From assembly GCA_964016885.1 (NCBI GenBank), contig OZ024744.1, positions 12,400,001-12,464,000 on the forward strand: a stretch of DNA of 64,000 nucleotides, given 5' to 3'. Below are positions 41,346-55,400 of the stretch, one piece after another. Source of the stretch: Eledone cirrhosa (taxonomy: Eukaryota). Made by a program: the position numbers and the translations under genes. The notes below the pieces were generated by a model, which ran no database searches, was not told the DNA's origin, and saw only the letters and a list, made by a program, of their open reading frames with translations. Each line of letters opens with the position of its first letter. Position 1 is the first letter of the stretch.

Positions 41346-43602
41346 ACAGTAGTGTAGGTGGTAGTAGTGGTGATATGACAGTAATGTAGGTGGTAAAGGT
41401 GGTGACATGACAGTAGTGTCTGTGGTAGTATTCGTGACAGGACAGTAGTGTAGGTGGTAGTAGGGTGACATGACAGTAGTGTAGGTGGTAGTAGTGGTGT
41501 CATGACAATAGTGCAGGTGGTAGTAGTGGTGACTTGACAGAAGTGTAGGTGGTAGTACTGGTGACATGACAGTATTGTAGGTGGTAGTAGTGTTATCATG
41601 ACAGTAGTGTAGGTATTAGTAGTGTTGACATAACAGTAGTGTAGGTGGTAGTAGTGGTGACATGACAGTGGTGTAGGTGGTAGTAGTGGTGACATGACCG
41701 TAGTGTAGGTGATAGTAGTGGTGACATGACAGTAGTGTAGGTGGTAGTAGTGGTGTCATGACAGTAGTGTAGGTGGTAGTAGTGGTGATATGACAGTAGT
41801 GTAGGTGGTAGTAGTGGTGACATGACAGTAGTGTAGGTGGTAGTAGTGGTGTGATAACAGTAGTGTAGGTGGTAGTAAGGTGACATGACAGTAGTGTAGG
41901 TGGTAGTAGTGGTGACATGACCGTAGTGTAAGTGGTAGTAGTGGTGACATGACAGTAGTGTAGGTGGTAGTAGTTGTGTCATGACAGTAGTGTAGGTGGT
42001 AGTAATGGTGACATGACAGTAGTGTAGGTGGTAGTAGTGGTGACATGACAGTAGTGTAGGTGGTAGTAGTGGTGTGATAACAGTAGTGTAGGTGGTAGTA
42101 AGGTGGCATGACAGTAGTGTAGGTGGTAGTAGTGGTGACATGAAGGGTAGTGCAGGTGGTAATAGTGGTGACATGACAGTAGTGTAGGTGGTAGTAGTGG
42201 TGTCATGACAATAGTGTAGGTGGCAATAGTGGTGTCATGACAGTAGTGTAGGTGGTAGTAGTGGTGACATAACAGTAGTGTAGGTGGTAGTAGTGGTGTG
42301 ATAACAGTAGTGTAGGTGGTAGTAAGGTGGCATGACAGTAGTGTAGGTGGTAGTAGTGGTGACATGACAGTAGTGTAGGTGGTAGTAGTGGTGACATGAC
42401 AGTAGTGTAGGTGGTAGTAGTGGTGTCATGATAGTAGTGTAGGTGGTAGTAGTGTTATCATGACAGTAGTGTAGGTATTAGTAGTGTTGACATAACAGTA
42501 GTGTAGGTGGTAGTAGTGGTGATATGACAGTAATGTAGGTGGTAAAGGTGGTGACATGACAGTAGTGTCTGTGGTAGTATTCGTGACAGGACAGTAGTGT
42601 AGGTGGTAGTAGGGTGACATGACAGTAGTGTAGGTGGTAGTAGTGGTGTCATGACAATAGTGCAGGTGGTAGTAGTGGTGACTTGACAGAAGTGTAGGTG
42701 GTAGTACTGGTGACATGACAGTATTGTAGGTGGTAGTAGTGTTATCATGACAGTAGTGTAGGTATTAGTAGTGTTGACATAACAGTAGTGTAGGTGGTAG
42801 TAGTGGTGACATGACAGTGGTGTAGGTGGTAGTAGTGGTGACATGACCGTAGTGTAGGTGATAGTAGTGGTGACATGACAGTAGTGTAGGTGGTAGTAGT
42901 GGTGTCATGACAGTAGTGTAGGTGGTAGTAGTGGTGATATGACAGTAGTGTAGGTGGTAGTAGTGGTGACATGACAGTAGTGTAGGTGGTAGTAGTGGTG
43001 TGATAACAGTAGTGTAGGTGGTAGTAAGGTGACATGACAGTAGTGTAGGTGGTAGTAGTGGTGACATGACCGTAGTGTAAGTGGTAGTAGTGGTGACATG
43101 ACAGTAGTGTAGGTGGTAGTAGTTGTGTCATGACAGTAGTGTAGGTGGTAGTAATGGTGACATGACAGTAGTGTAGGTGGTAGTAGTGGTGACATGACAG
43201 TAGTGTAGGTGGTAGTAGTGGTGTGATAACAGTAGTGTAGGTGGTAGTAAGGTGGCATGACAGTAGTGTAGGTGGTAGTAGTGGTGACATGAAGGGTAGT
43301 GCAGGTGGTAATAGTGGTGACATGACAGTAGTGTAGGTGGTAGTAGTGGTGTCATGACAATAGTGTAGGTGGCAATAGTGGTGTCATGACAGTAGTGTAG
43401 GTGGTAGTAGTGGTGACATAACAGTAGTGTAGGTGGTAGTAGTGGTGTGATAACAGTAGTGTAGGTGGTAGTAAGGTGGCATGACAGTAGTGTAGGTGGT
43501 AGTAGTGGTGACATGACAGTAGTGTAGGTGGTAGTAGTGGTGACATGACAGTAGTGTAGGTGGTAGTAGTGGTGTCATGATAGTAGTGTAGGTGGTAGTA
43601 GT
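41346..43602 (+). repeat. Recent tandem duplication of a 1149-bp (36-monomer) unit
   Basis: gatatgacagtaatg 41372/42521 and the rare 33-bp monomer tgaagggtagtgc 42141/43290 pair at 1149. ORF-track peptides are identical at 41596/42745, 41756/42905 and 41979/43128. Confidence 0.92.
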
Positions 43603-46600
43603 GGTGTGATAACAGTAGTGCAGGTGGTAGTAGTGGTGACATGACAATAGTGTAGGTGGTAGTAGTGGTGCATGACAGTAGTGTAGGTGGGAGTAGTGGT
43701 GACATGACAGTAGTGTAGGTGGTAGTAGGGTGACATGACAGTTGTGTAGGTAGTAGTGGTGGCAAAACAGTAGTGTAGGTGGTAGTAGTGGTGACATGAC
43801 AGTAGTGTAGGTGGTAGTAGTGGTGTCATGATAGTAGTGTAGCTGGTAGTAGTCGTGTGATAACAGTAGTGTAGGTGGTAGTAGGGTGACATGACGGTAG
43901 TGTAGGTGGTAGTAGGGTGACATGACAGTAGTTTAGGTGGTAGTAGTGGTGTCATGACAATAGTGTAGGTGGTAGTAGTGGTGCAATGACAGTAGTGTAG
44001 GTGGTAGTAGTGGTGACATGACAGTTGAGTAGGTGGTAGTAGTGGTATCATGACAGTAGTGTAGGTAGTAGTAGTGGTGACATAAAAGTAGTGTAGGTGG
44101 TAGTAGTGGTGACATGACAGTGGTGTAGGTGGTAGTAGTGGTGACATGACAGTAGTGTAGGTGGTAGTAGTGGTGACATAACAGTAATGTAGGTGCTAAA
44201 GTTGGTGACATGACAGTAGTGTATGTGGTCGTATTGGTGACATGACAGTACTGTAGGTGGTAGTAGTGGTGACATGACAGTAGTGTAGGTAGTAGTAGGA
44301 TGACATGACAGTAGTGTAGGTGGTAGTAGTGGTATCATGAAGGTAGTGTAGGTAGTAGTGTAGGTAGTAGTAGTGGTGACATAACAGTAGTGTAGGTGGT
44401 AGTAGTGGTGACATGACAGTGGTGTAGGTGGTAGTAATGGTGACATGACAGTAGTGTACGTGGTAGTAGTGGTCTCATGACAGTAGTGTAGGTGGTAGTA
44501 GTGGTGACATGACAGTGGTGTAGGTGGTAGTAGTAGTGACATGACCGTAGTGTAAGTGGTAGTAGTGATGACATGACAATAGTGTAGGTGGTAGTAGTTG
44601 TGTCATGACAGTAGTGTAGGTGGTAGTAGTGGTGACATGACAGTAGTGTAGGTGGTAGTAGTGGTGACATGACAGTAGTGTAGGTGGTAGTAGTGGTGTG
44701 ATAACAGTAGTGTAGGTGGAAGTAAGGTGACATGACAGTAGTGTAGGTGGTAGTAGTGGTGACATGACAGTAGTGCAGGTGGTAATAGTGGTGACAAGAC
44801 AGTAGTGTAGGTGGTAGTAGTGGTGTCATGACAGTAGTTTAGGTGGTAGTAGAGGTGACATGACAGTGGTGTAGGTGGTATTAGTGGTGTCATGACAATA
44901 GTGTAGGTGGTGGTATTGGTGACATGACAGTAGTGTAGGTGGTAGTAGTGGTGACATGACAGTAGGGTAGGTGGTAGTAGGGTGACATGGCAGTAGTGTA
45001 GGTGGTAGTAGTGGTGTCATGACAAAATTGTAGATGGTAGTAGTGGTGACATGACATTAGTATAGGTGGTAGTAATGGTAACATAACAATAGTGTAGGTA
45101 GTAGTAGTGGTGATATAAAAGTAGTGTTGGTGGTAGTAGTGGTGACATAACAGAAGTGTAGGTGGTAGTAGTGGTATCATGACAGTAGTGTAGGTAGTAG
45201 TAGCGGTGACATAACAGTAGTGTAGGTGGTAGTAGTGGTGTCATGATAGTAGTGTAGGTGGTAGTATTGGTGACATAACAGTAGTGTAGGTGGTAGTAGT
45301 GGTGTCATGACAGTAGTGTAGGTGGTAGTAGTGGTGACATGACAGTAGTGTAGGTGGTAGTAGTGGTGACATAACAGTAGTGTAGGTGGTAGTAGTGGTG
45401 TCATGACAGTAGTATAGCAAGTAGTAGTGGTGTCATGGCAGTAGTGTAGGTGGTAGTAGTGGGGACATGACAGTAGTGTAGGTGGTAGTAGTGGTGACAT
45501 GACAGTAGTGTAGGTGGTAGTAGTGGTGACATGACAGTAGTGTAGGTGGTAGTAGTGGTGACATAACAGTAGTGTAGGTGGTAGTAGTGTTATCATGACA
45601 GAAGTGTAGGTGGTAGTAGTAGTGACATGACAGTAGTGTAGGTGCTAGTAGTGGTGACATAACAATAGTGTAGGTGGTAGTAGTGGTATCATGACAGTAG
45701 TGTAGGTAGTAGTAGTGGTGACATAACAGTAGTGTAGGTGGTAGTATTGGTGTCATGACAGTAGTGTAGGTGGTAGTAGTGGTGACATAACAGTAGTGTA
45801 GGTGTTAGTTGTGTTTGCATGACAGTAGTGTAGGTGGTAGTAGTGGTGACATGACAGTAGTGTAGGTGGTAGTAGTGGTGACATGACAGTAGTGTAGGTG
45901 GTAGTATTGGTGACATGACAGTAGTGTAGGTGGTAGTAAGGTGACATGACAGTAGTGTAGGTGGTAGTAGTGATGACATAACAAGAGTGTAGGTGGTAGT
46001 AGTGGTGACATGACAGTAATGTAGGTGGTAAAGGTGGTGACATGACAGTAGTGTATGTGGTAGTATTGGTGACAGGACAGTAGTGTAGGTGGTAGTAGGG
46101 TGACATGACAGTAGTGTAGGTGCTAGTAGTGGTGTCATGACAATAGTGCAGGTGGTAGTAGTGGTGTCTTGACAGAAGTGTAGGTGGTAGTACTGGTGAC
46201 ATGACAGTAGTGTAGGTGGTAGTAGTGTTATCATGACAGTAGTGTAGGTATTAGTAGTGGTGACATAACAGTAGTGTAGGTGGTAGTAGTGGTGACATGA
46301 CAGTGGTGTAGGTGGTAGTAGTGGTGACATGACAGTAGTGTAGGTGGTAGTCGTGGTGTCATGACAGTAGTGTAGGTGGTAGTAGTGGTGACATGACAGT
46401 TGTGTAGGTGGTAGTAGTGGTGTGATAACAGTAGTGTAGGTGGTAGTAGTGGTGACATGACAGTAGTGTAGGTGGGAGTAGTGGTGACATGACAGTAGTG
46501 TAGGTGGTAGTAGGGTGACATGACAGTTGTGTAGGTGGTAGTAGTGGTGTCACGACAATAGTGTAGGTGGTAGTAGTGGTGAAATGACAGTAGTATAGGT

Positions 46601-49600
46601 GGTAGTAGTGCTGACATCACAGTAGTGTAGGTAGTAGTGGTGGCAAAACAGTAATGTAAGTGGTTGTAGTGGTGACATGACAGTAGTGTAGGTGGTAGTA
46701 GTGGTGACATGACAGTAGTGTAGGTGGTAGTAGTGGTGACATGACAGTAGTGTAGGTGGTAGTAGTGGTGACATAACAGTGGTGTAGGTGGTAGTAGTGG
46801 TCTCATGACAGTAGTGTAGGTGGTAATAGTGGTGACATGACAGTAGTGTAGGTGGTAGTAGTGGTGACATGACAGTAGTGTAGGTAGAAATAGTGGTGTG
46901 ATAAAAGTAGTGTAGGTGGTAGTAGTGGTGACATGACAGTAGTGTAGGTGGTAGTAGTGGTGACATGATAGTAGTGTAGGTGGTAGTAGTGGTGTGATAA
47001 CAGTAGTGTAGGTAGTAGTAGTGGTGACATAACAGTAGTGTAGGTGTTAGTAGTGGTGACATGACAGTGGTGTAGGTGGTAGTAGTGGTGACATGACAGT
47101 AGTGTAGGTGGTAGTAGGGTGACAGTAGTGTAGGTGGTAGTAGTGGTGACATGTCAGTAGTTTAGGTGGTAGTAGTGGTATCATGACAGTAGTGTAGGTA
47201 GTAGTAGTGGTGACATAACAGTAGTGTAGGTGGTAGTAGTGGTGACATGACAGTGGTGTAGGTGGTAGTAGTGGTGACATGACAGTAGTGTAGGTGGTAG
47301 TAGTGGTGACATGAGAGTAGTGTAGGTGGTAGTAGTGGTGACATGACAGTAGTGTAGGTGGAAGTAGTGGTGTGATAACAGAAGTGTAGGTGGTAGTAGT
47401 GGTGTCATGACAGTAGTGTAGGTGGTAGTAGTGGTGATATGACAGTGGTGTAGGTGGTAGCAGTGGTGACATGACAATAGTGTAGGTGGTAGTAGTGGTG
47501 ACATAACAGTATTGTAGGTGGGAGTAGTGGTGACATGACAGTAGTGTAGGTGGTAGTAGTGGTAAAATGACAGTAGTATAGGTGGTAGTAGTGGTGATAT
47601 GACAGTAGTGTAGGTGGTAGTAGTGGTGACATGACAGTAATGTAGGTGGTAGTAGTGGTGTGATAACAGTAGTGTAGGTGGTGGTAGTGGTGACATGACA
47701 GTAGTGTAGGTGGTAGTAGTGGTGACTTGACAGTAGGGTAGGTGGTAGTAGAGTGACATGACAATAGTGTTGGTGGTGGTAGTGGTGACATGACAGTAGT
47801 GTAGGTGGTAGTAGTGGTGACTTGACAGTAGGGTAGGTGGTAGTAGAGTGACATGACAGTAGTGTAGGTGGTAGTAGTGGTGTCATGACAAAAGTGTAGG
47901 TGGTAGTAGTGGGGAGATGACAGTAGTGTAGGTGGTAGTAGTGGTGACATAACAATAGTGTAGGTAGTAGTAGTGGTGATATAAAAGTAGTGTAGGTTGT
48001 AGTAGTGGTGACAAGTCAGTAGTGTAGGTGGTAGTAGTGGTGACATAACAGAAGTGTAGGTGGTAGTAGTGGTGTCATAACAGTGGTGTAGGTGGTAGTA
48101 GTGGTCTCATGACAGTAGTGTAGGTGGTAGTAGCGGTGTCATGACAGTAGTGTAGGTGGTAGTAGTGGTGACATGACAGTAGTGTAGGTGGTAGTAGTGG
48201 TATCATGTCAGTAGTGTAGTTAGTAGTAGCGGTGACATAACAGTAGTGTAGGTGGTAGTAGTGGTGACATAACAGTAGTGTAGGTGTTAGTAGTGTTTAC
48301 ATGACAGTAGTGTAGGTGGTAGTATTGGTGACATGACAGTAATGTAGGTGGTAGTACGGTGACATGACAGTAGTGTAGGTGGTAGTAGTGGTGTCATGAC
48401 AATAGTGTAGGTGGTAGTAGTGGTTTCATGACAGAAGTGTAGGTAGTAGTAGTGGTGACATAACAGTAGTGTAGGTGGTAATAGTGGTGACATGACCGTA
48501 GTGTAGGTGGTAGTAGTGGTGTCATGACAGTAGTGTAGGTGGTAGTAGTGGTAACATGACAGTAGTGTAGGTGGTAGTAGTGGTGACATGACAGTAGTGT
48601 AGGTGGTAGTAGTGGTGACATGACAGTAGTGTAGGTGGTAGTAGGGTGACATGACAGTAGTGTAGGTGGTAGTAGTGGTGTCATGACAGTAGTGTAGGTG
48701 GTAGTAGTGGTGTCATGACAGTAGTGTAGGTGGTAGTAGTGGTGACATGACAGTAGTGTAGGTGGGAGTAGAGGTGACATGACAGTAGTGTATGTGGTAG
48801 TAGGGTGACATGACAGTTGTGTAGGTGGTAGTAGTGGTGTCATGACAATAGTGTAGGTGGTGGTAGTGGTGTCATGACAGTAGTGTAGGTGGTAGTAGTG
48901 GTGACTTGACAGTAGTGTAGGTGGTAGTAAGGTGACATGACAGTAGTGTAGGTGGTAGTAGGGTGACATGACAGTAGTGTATGTGGTAGTAGTGGTGTCA
49001 TGACAGTAGTGTAGGTGGTAGTAGAGGTGACATGACAGTAGTGTAGGTGGTAGTAGTGGTGTCATGACAGTAGTGTAGCTGGTAGTAGTGGTGACATGAC
49101 AGTAGTGTAGGTGGTAGTAGTGGTGTCATGACAGTAGGGTAGGTGGTAGTAGTGTTTACATGACAGTAGTGTAGGTGGTAGTAGTGGTGACATGACAGTG
49201 GTGTAGGTGGTAGTAGAGGTGACATGACAGAAATGTAGGTGGTAAAGGTGGTGACATGAGAGTAGTGTAGGTGGTAGTAGTGGTGACATGACAGTAGTGT
49301 AGGTGGTAGTAGTGGTGACATGACTGTATTGTAGGTGGTAGTAGTGGTGACATGACAGTAGTGTAGGTGGTAGTAGGGTGACAGGACAGTTGTGTAGGTG
49401 GTAGTAGTTGTGTCATGACAGTACTGTAGGTGGTAGTAGTGGTGTCATGACAGTAGTGTAGGTGGTAGTAGTGGTGACATGACACTAGTGTATGTGTTAG
49501 TAGTGGTGTCATGACAATAGTGTAGGTGGTAGTATTGGTGAAATGACAGTAGTATAGGTGGTAGTAGTGGTGACATCACAGTAGTGTAGGTAGTAGTGGT

Positions 49601-52499
49601 GGCATGACAGTAGTGTAAGTGGTTGTAGTGGTGACATGACAGTAGTGTAGGTGGTAGTAGTGGTGACATAACAGTAGTGTATGTGGTAGTAGTGGTGACA
49701 TGACAGTAGTGTAGGTGGTAGTAGTGGTGACATGACAGTAGTGTAGGTGGTAGTAGTGGTGTCATGATAGTAGTGTAGGTGGTAGTAGTGGTGTGATAAC
49801 AGTAGTGTAGGTGGTAGTAGTGGTGACATGACAATAGTGTAGGTGGTAGTAGTGGTGCATGACAGTAGTGTAGGTGGGAGTAGTGGTGACATGACAGAAG
49901 TGTAGGTGGTAGTAGTGTGACATGACAGTTGTGTAGGTGGTAGTAGTGGTTTTGTGACAATAGTGTAGGTGGTAGTAGTGGTGAAATGACAGTAGTATAG
50001 GTGGTAGTAGTGGTGACATCACAGTAGTGTAGGTAGTAGTGGTGGCAAAACAGTAGTGTAGGTGGTAGTAGTGGTGACATGACAGTAGTGTAGGTGGTAG
50101 TAGTGGTGTCATGATAGTAGTGTAGGTGGTAGTAGTCGTGTGATAACAGTAGTGTAGGTGGTAGTAGGCTGACATGACAGTAGTGTAGGTGGTAGTAGGG
50201 TGACATGACAGTAGTTTAGGTGGTAGTTGTGGTGTCATGACAATAGTGTAGGTGGTAGTAGTGGTCTCATGACAGATTGTAGGTGGTAGTAGTGGTTTCA
50301 TGACAGTAGTGTAGGTAGTAGTAGTGGTGACATAACAGTACTGTAGGTGGTAGTATTGGTGACATGACAGTAGTGTAGGTGGTAGTAGTGGTGACATGAC
50401 AGTGGTGTAGGTGGTAGTAGTGGTGACATGACAGTAGTGTAGGTGGTAGTAGTGGTGACATAACAGTAATGTAGGTGCTAAAGTTGGTGACATGAAAGTA
50501 GTGTATGTGGTCGTATTGGTGACATGACAGTAGTGTATCTAGTAGTAGGATGACATGACAGTAGTGTAGGTGGTAGTAGTGGTATCATGAAGGTAGTGTA
50601 GGTAGTAGTGTAGGTAGTAGTAGTGGTGACATAACAGTAGTGTCGGTGGTAGTAGTGGTGACATGACCGTAGTGTAGGTTGTAGTAGTCGTGACATGACA
50701 GTAGTGTAGGTGGTAGTAGTGGTCTCATGACAGTAGTGTAGGTGGTAGTAGTGGTGACATGACAGTGGTGTAGGTGGTTGTAGTTGTGTCATGACAGTAG
50801 TGTAGGTGGTAGTAGTGGTGACATGACAGTAGTGTAGGTAGTAGTAGTGGTGACATGACAGTAGTGTAGGTGGTAGTAGTGGTGTTATAACAGTAGTGTA
50901 GGTGGTAGTAAGGTGGCATGACAGTAGTGTAGGTGGTAGTAGTGGTGACATGACAGTAGTGCAGGTGGTAATAGTGGTGACATGACAGTAGTGTAGGTGG
51001 TAGTAGTGGTGTCATGACAATAGTGTAGGTGGCTGTAGTGGTGTCATGACAGTAGTGTAGGTGGTAGTAGTGGTGACATAACAGTAGTGTAGGTGGTAGT
51101 AGTGGTGTGATAACAGTAGTGTAGGTGGTAGTAAGGTGGCATGACAGTAGTGTAGGTGGTAGTAGTGTTGACATGACAGTAGTGCAGGTGGTAATAGTGG
51201 TGACATGACAGTAGTGTAGGTGGTAGTAGTGGTGTCATGACAGTAGTTTAGGTGGTAGTAGAGGTGACATGACAGTGGTGTAGGTGGTATTAGTGGTGTC
51301 ATGACAATAGTGTAGGTGGTGGTATTGGTGACATGACAGTAGTGTAGGTGGTAGTAGTGGTGACATGACAGTAGGGTAGGTGGTAGTAGGGTGACATGAC
51401 AGTAGTGTAGGTGGCAGTAGTGTTGTCATGACAAAAGTGTAGGTGGTAGTAGTGGTGACATGACATTAGTATAGGTGGTAGTAATGGTGACATAACAATA
51501 GTGTAGGTAGTAGTAGTGGTGATATAAAAGTAGTGTTGGTGGTAGTAGTGGTGAGATAACAGAAGTGTAGGTGGTAGTAGTGGAATCATGACAGAAGTGT
51601 AGGTAGTAGTAGCGCTGACATAACAGTAGTGTAGGTGGTAGTAGTGGTGTCATGATAGTAGTGTAGGTGGTAGTATTGGTGACATAACAGTAGTGTAGGT
51701 GTTAGTAGTGTTTACATGACAGTAGTGTAGGTGCTAGTAGTGGTGATATGACAGTAATGTAGGTGGTAAAGGTGGTGACATGACAGTAGTGTATGTGGTA
51801 GTATTGGTGACAGGACAGTAGTGTAGGTGGTAGTAGGTTGACATGACAGTAGTGTAGGTGGAAGTAGTGGTGTCATGACAATAGTGCAGGTGGTAGTAGT
51901 GGTGTCTTGACAGAAGTGTAGGTGGTAGTACTGGTGACATGACAGTAGTGTAGGTGGTAGTAGTAGTGACATGACAGTGGTGTAGGTTTGTAGTAGTGGT
52001 GACATGACCGTAGTGTATGTGGTAGTAGTGGTGATATGACAGTAGTGTAGGTGGTAGTAGTGGTGTCATGACAGTAGTGTAGGTGGTAGTAGTGGTGACA
52101 TGACAGTAGTGTAGGTGGTTGTAGTGGTGAACTGACAGTAGTGTAGGTGGTAGTAGTGGTGTGATAACAGTAGTGTAGGTGGTAGTAGTGGTGACATGAC
52201 AGTAGTGTAGGTGGGAGTAGTGGTGACATGACAGTAGTGTAGGTGGTAGTAGTGGTGACATAACAGTGGTGTAGGTGGTACTAGTGGTCTCATGACAGTA
52301 GTGTAGGTAATAATAGTGGTGACATGACAGTAGTGTAGGTGGTAGTAGTGGTGACATGACAGTAGTGTAGGTGGTAGTAGTGGTGACATGATAGTAGTGT
52401 AGGTGGTAGTAGTGGTGTGATAACTGTAGTGTAGGTGGTAGTAGGGTGACATGAGAGTAGTGTAGGTGGTAGTAGGGTGACATGACAGTAGTGTAAGTG

Positions 52500-55400
52500 G
52501 TGTCATGACAATAGTGTAGGTGGTAGTAGTGGTGCCATGACAGTAGTGTAGGTGGTAGTAGTGGTGATATGTCAGTAGTGTAGGTGGTAGTAGTGGTATC
52601 ATGACAGTAGTGTAGGTAGTAGTAGTGGTGACATAACAGTAGTGTAGGTGGTAGTAGTGGTGACATGACAGTGGTGTAGGTGGTTGTAGTAGTGACATGA
52701 CAGTAGTGTAGGTGGTAGTAGTGGTGACATGAGAGTAGTGTAGGTGGTAGTAGTGGTGACATGACAGTACAGTAGGTGGAAGTAGTGGTGTGATAACTAT
52801 AGTGTAGGTGGTAGTAGTGGTGTCATGACAGTAGTGTAGGTGGTAGTAGTGGTGATATGACAGTGGTGTAGCTGGTAGTTGTGGTGACATGACAATAGTG
52901 TAGGTGGTAGTAGTGGTGACATAACAGTAGTGTAGGTGGGAGTAGTGGTGACATGACAGTAGTGTAGGTGGTAGTAGTGGTAAAATGACAGTAGTATAGG
53001 TGGTAGTAGTTGTGACATCACAGTAGTGTAGGTAGTAGTGGTGGCAAAACAGTAGTGTATGTGGTTGTAGTGGTGACATGATAGTAGTGTAGGTGGTAGT
53101 AGTGGTGACATAACAGTAGTGTAGGTGGTAGTAGTGGTGACATGACAGTAGTGTAGGTGGTAGTAGTGGTGACATGACAGTAATGTAGGTGGTAGTAGTA
53201 GTGTGATAACAGTAGTGTAGGTGGTAGTAGTGGTGTCGTGACAGTAGTTTATGTGGTAGTAGAAATGACATGACAGTGGTGTAGGTGGTAGTAGTGGTGT
53301 GATAACAGTAGTGTAGGTGGTAGTAGTGGTGTCATGACAATAGTGTAGGTGGTGGTAGTGGTGACATGACAGTAGTGTAGGTGGTAGTAGTGGTGACTTG
53401 ACAGTAGGGTAGGTGGTAGTAGGGTGACATGACAGTAGTGTAGGTGGTAGTAGTGGTGTCATGACAAAAGTGTAGTTGGTAGTAGTGGGGAGATGACAGT
53501 AGTGTAGGTGGTAGTAGTGGTGACATGACAATAGTGTAGGTAGAAGTAGTGGTGATATAAAAGTAGTGTAGGTGGTAGTAGCGGTGTCATGACAGTAGTG
53601 TAGGTGGTAGTAGTGGTGACATGACAGTAGTGTAGGTGGTAGTAGTGGTATCATGTCAGTAGTGTAGTTATTAGTAGCGGTGACATAATAGTAGTGTAGG
53701 TGGTAGTAGTGGTGTCATGACAGTAGTGTAGGTGGTAGTAGTGGTGACATAACAGTGGTGTAGGTGTTAGTAGTGTTTACATGACAGTAGTGTAGGTGGT
53801 AGTAGTGGTGACATGACAGTAATGTAGGTGGTAAAGGTGGTGACATGACAGTAGTGTAGGTGGTAGTATTGGTGACATGACAATAGTGTAGGTGGTAGTA
53901 TGGTGACATGACAGTAGTGTAGGTGGTAGTAGTGGTGTCATGTCAATAGTGTAGGTGGTAGTAGTGGTGTCATGACAGAAGTGTAGGTGGTAGTAGTGGT
54001 GACATGACAGTAGTGTAGCTGGTAGTAGTGTTATCATGACAGTAGTGTAGGTAGTAGTAGTGGTGACATAACAGTAGTGTAGGTGGTAATAGTGGTGACA
54101 TGACAGTGGTGTAGGTGGTAGTAGTGGTGACATGACCGTAGTGTAGGTGGTAGTAGTGGTGACATGACAGTAGTGTAGGTGGTAGTAGTGGTGTCATGAC
54201 AGTAGTGTAGGTGGTAGTAGTGGTAACATGACAGTAGTGTAGGTGGTAGTAGTGGTGACATGACAGTAGTGTAGGTGGTAGTAGTGGTGTGATAACAGTA
54301 GTGTAGGTGGTAGTAGTGGTGACATGACAGTAGTGTAGGTGGGAGTAGTGGTGACATGACAGTAGTGTAGGTGGTAGTAGAGTGACATGACAGTAGTGTA
54401 GGTGGTAGTAGTGGTGACATGACAGTAGTGTAGGTTGTAGTAGTGGTGACTTGACAGTAGTGTAGGTGGTAGTAGGGTGACATGACAGTAGTGTAGGTGG
54501 TAGTAGTGGTGTCATGACAGTAGTGTAGGTGGTAGTATTGGTGTCATGACAGTAGTGTAGGTGGTAGTAGTGGTGACATGACAGTAGTGTAGGTGGGAGT
54601 AGTGGTGACATGACAGTAGTGTATGTGGTAGTAGGGTGACATGACAGTAGTGTAGGTGGTAGTAGTGGTGTCATGACAATAGTGTAGGTGGTGGTAGTGG
54701 TGACATGACAGTAGTGCAGGTGGTACTAGTGGTGACTTGACAGTAGTGTAGGTGGTAGTAAGGTGACATGACAGTAGTGTAGGTGGTAGTAGGGTGACAT
54801 GACAGTAGTGTAGGTGGTAGTAGTGGTGTCATGACAGTAGTGTAGCTGGTAGTAGAGGTGACATGACAGTAGAGTAGGTCGTAGTAGTGGTGTCATGACA
54901 GTAGTGTAGGTGGTAGTAGTGGTGACATGACAGTAGTGTAGGTGGTAGTAGTGGTGTCATGACAGTAGGGTAGGTGGTAGTAGTGTTTACATGACAGTAA
55001 TGTAGGTGGTAAAGGTGGTGACATGACAGTAGTGTAGGTGGTAGTAGTGGTGACATGACAGTAGTGTAAGTGGTAGTAGTGGTGACATGACAGTAGTGTA
55101 GGTGATAGTAGGGTGACAGGACAGTTGTGTAGGTGGTAGTAGTTGTGTCATGACAGTAGTGTAGGTGGTAGTAGTGGTGTCATGACAATAGTGCAGGTGG
55201 TAGTATTGGTGAAATGACAGTAGTATAGGTGGTAGTAGTGGTGACATCACAGTAGTGTAGGTAGTAGTGGTGGCATGACAGTAGTGTAAGTGGTTGTAGT
55301 GGTGACATGTCAGTAGTGTAGGTGGTAGTAGTGGTGACATAACAGTAGTGTAGGTGGTAGTAGCGGTGACATGACAGTAGTGTAGGTGGTAGTAGTGGTG

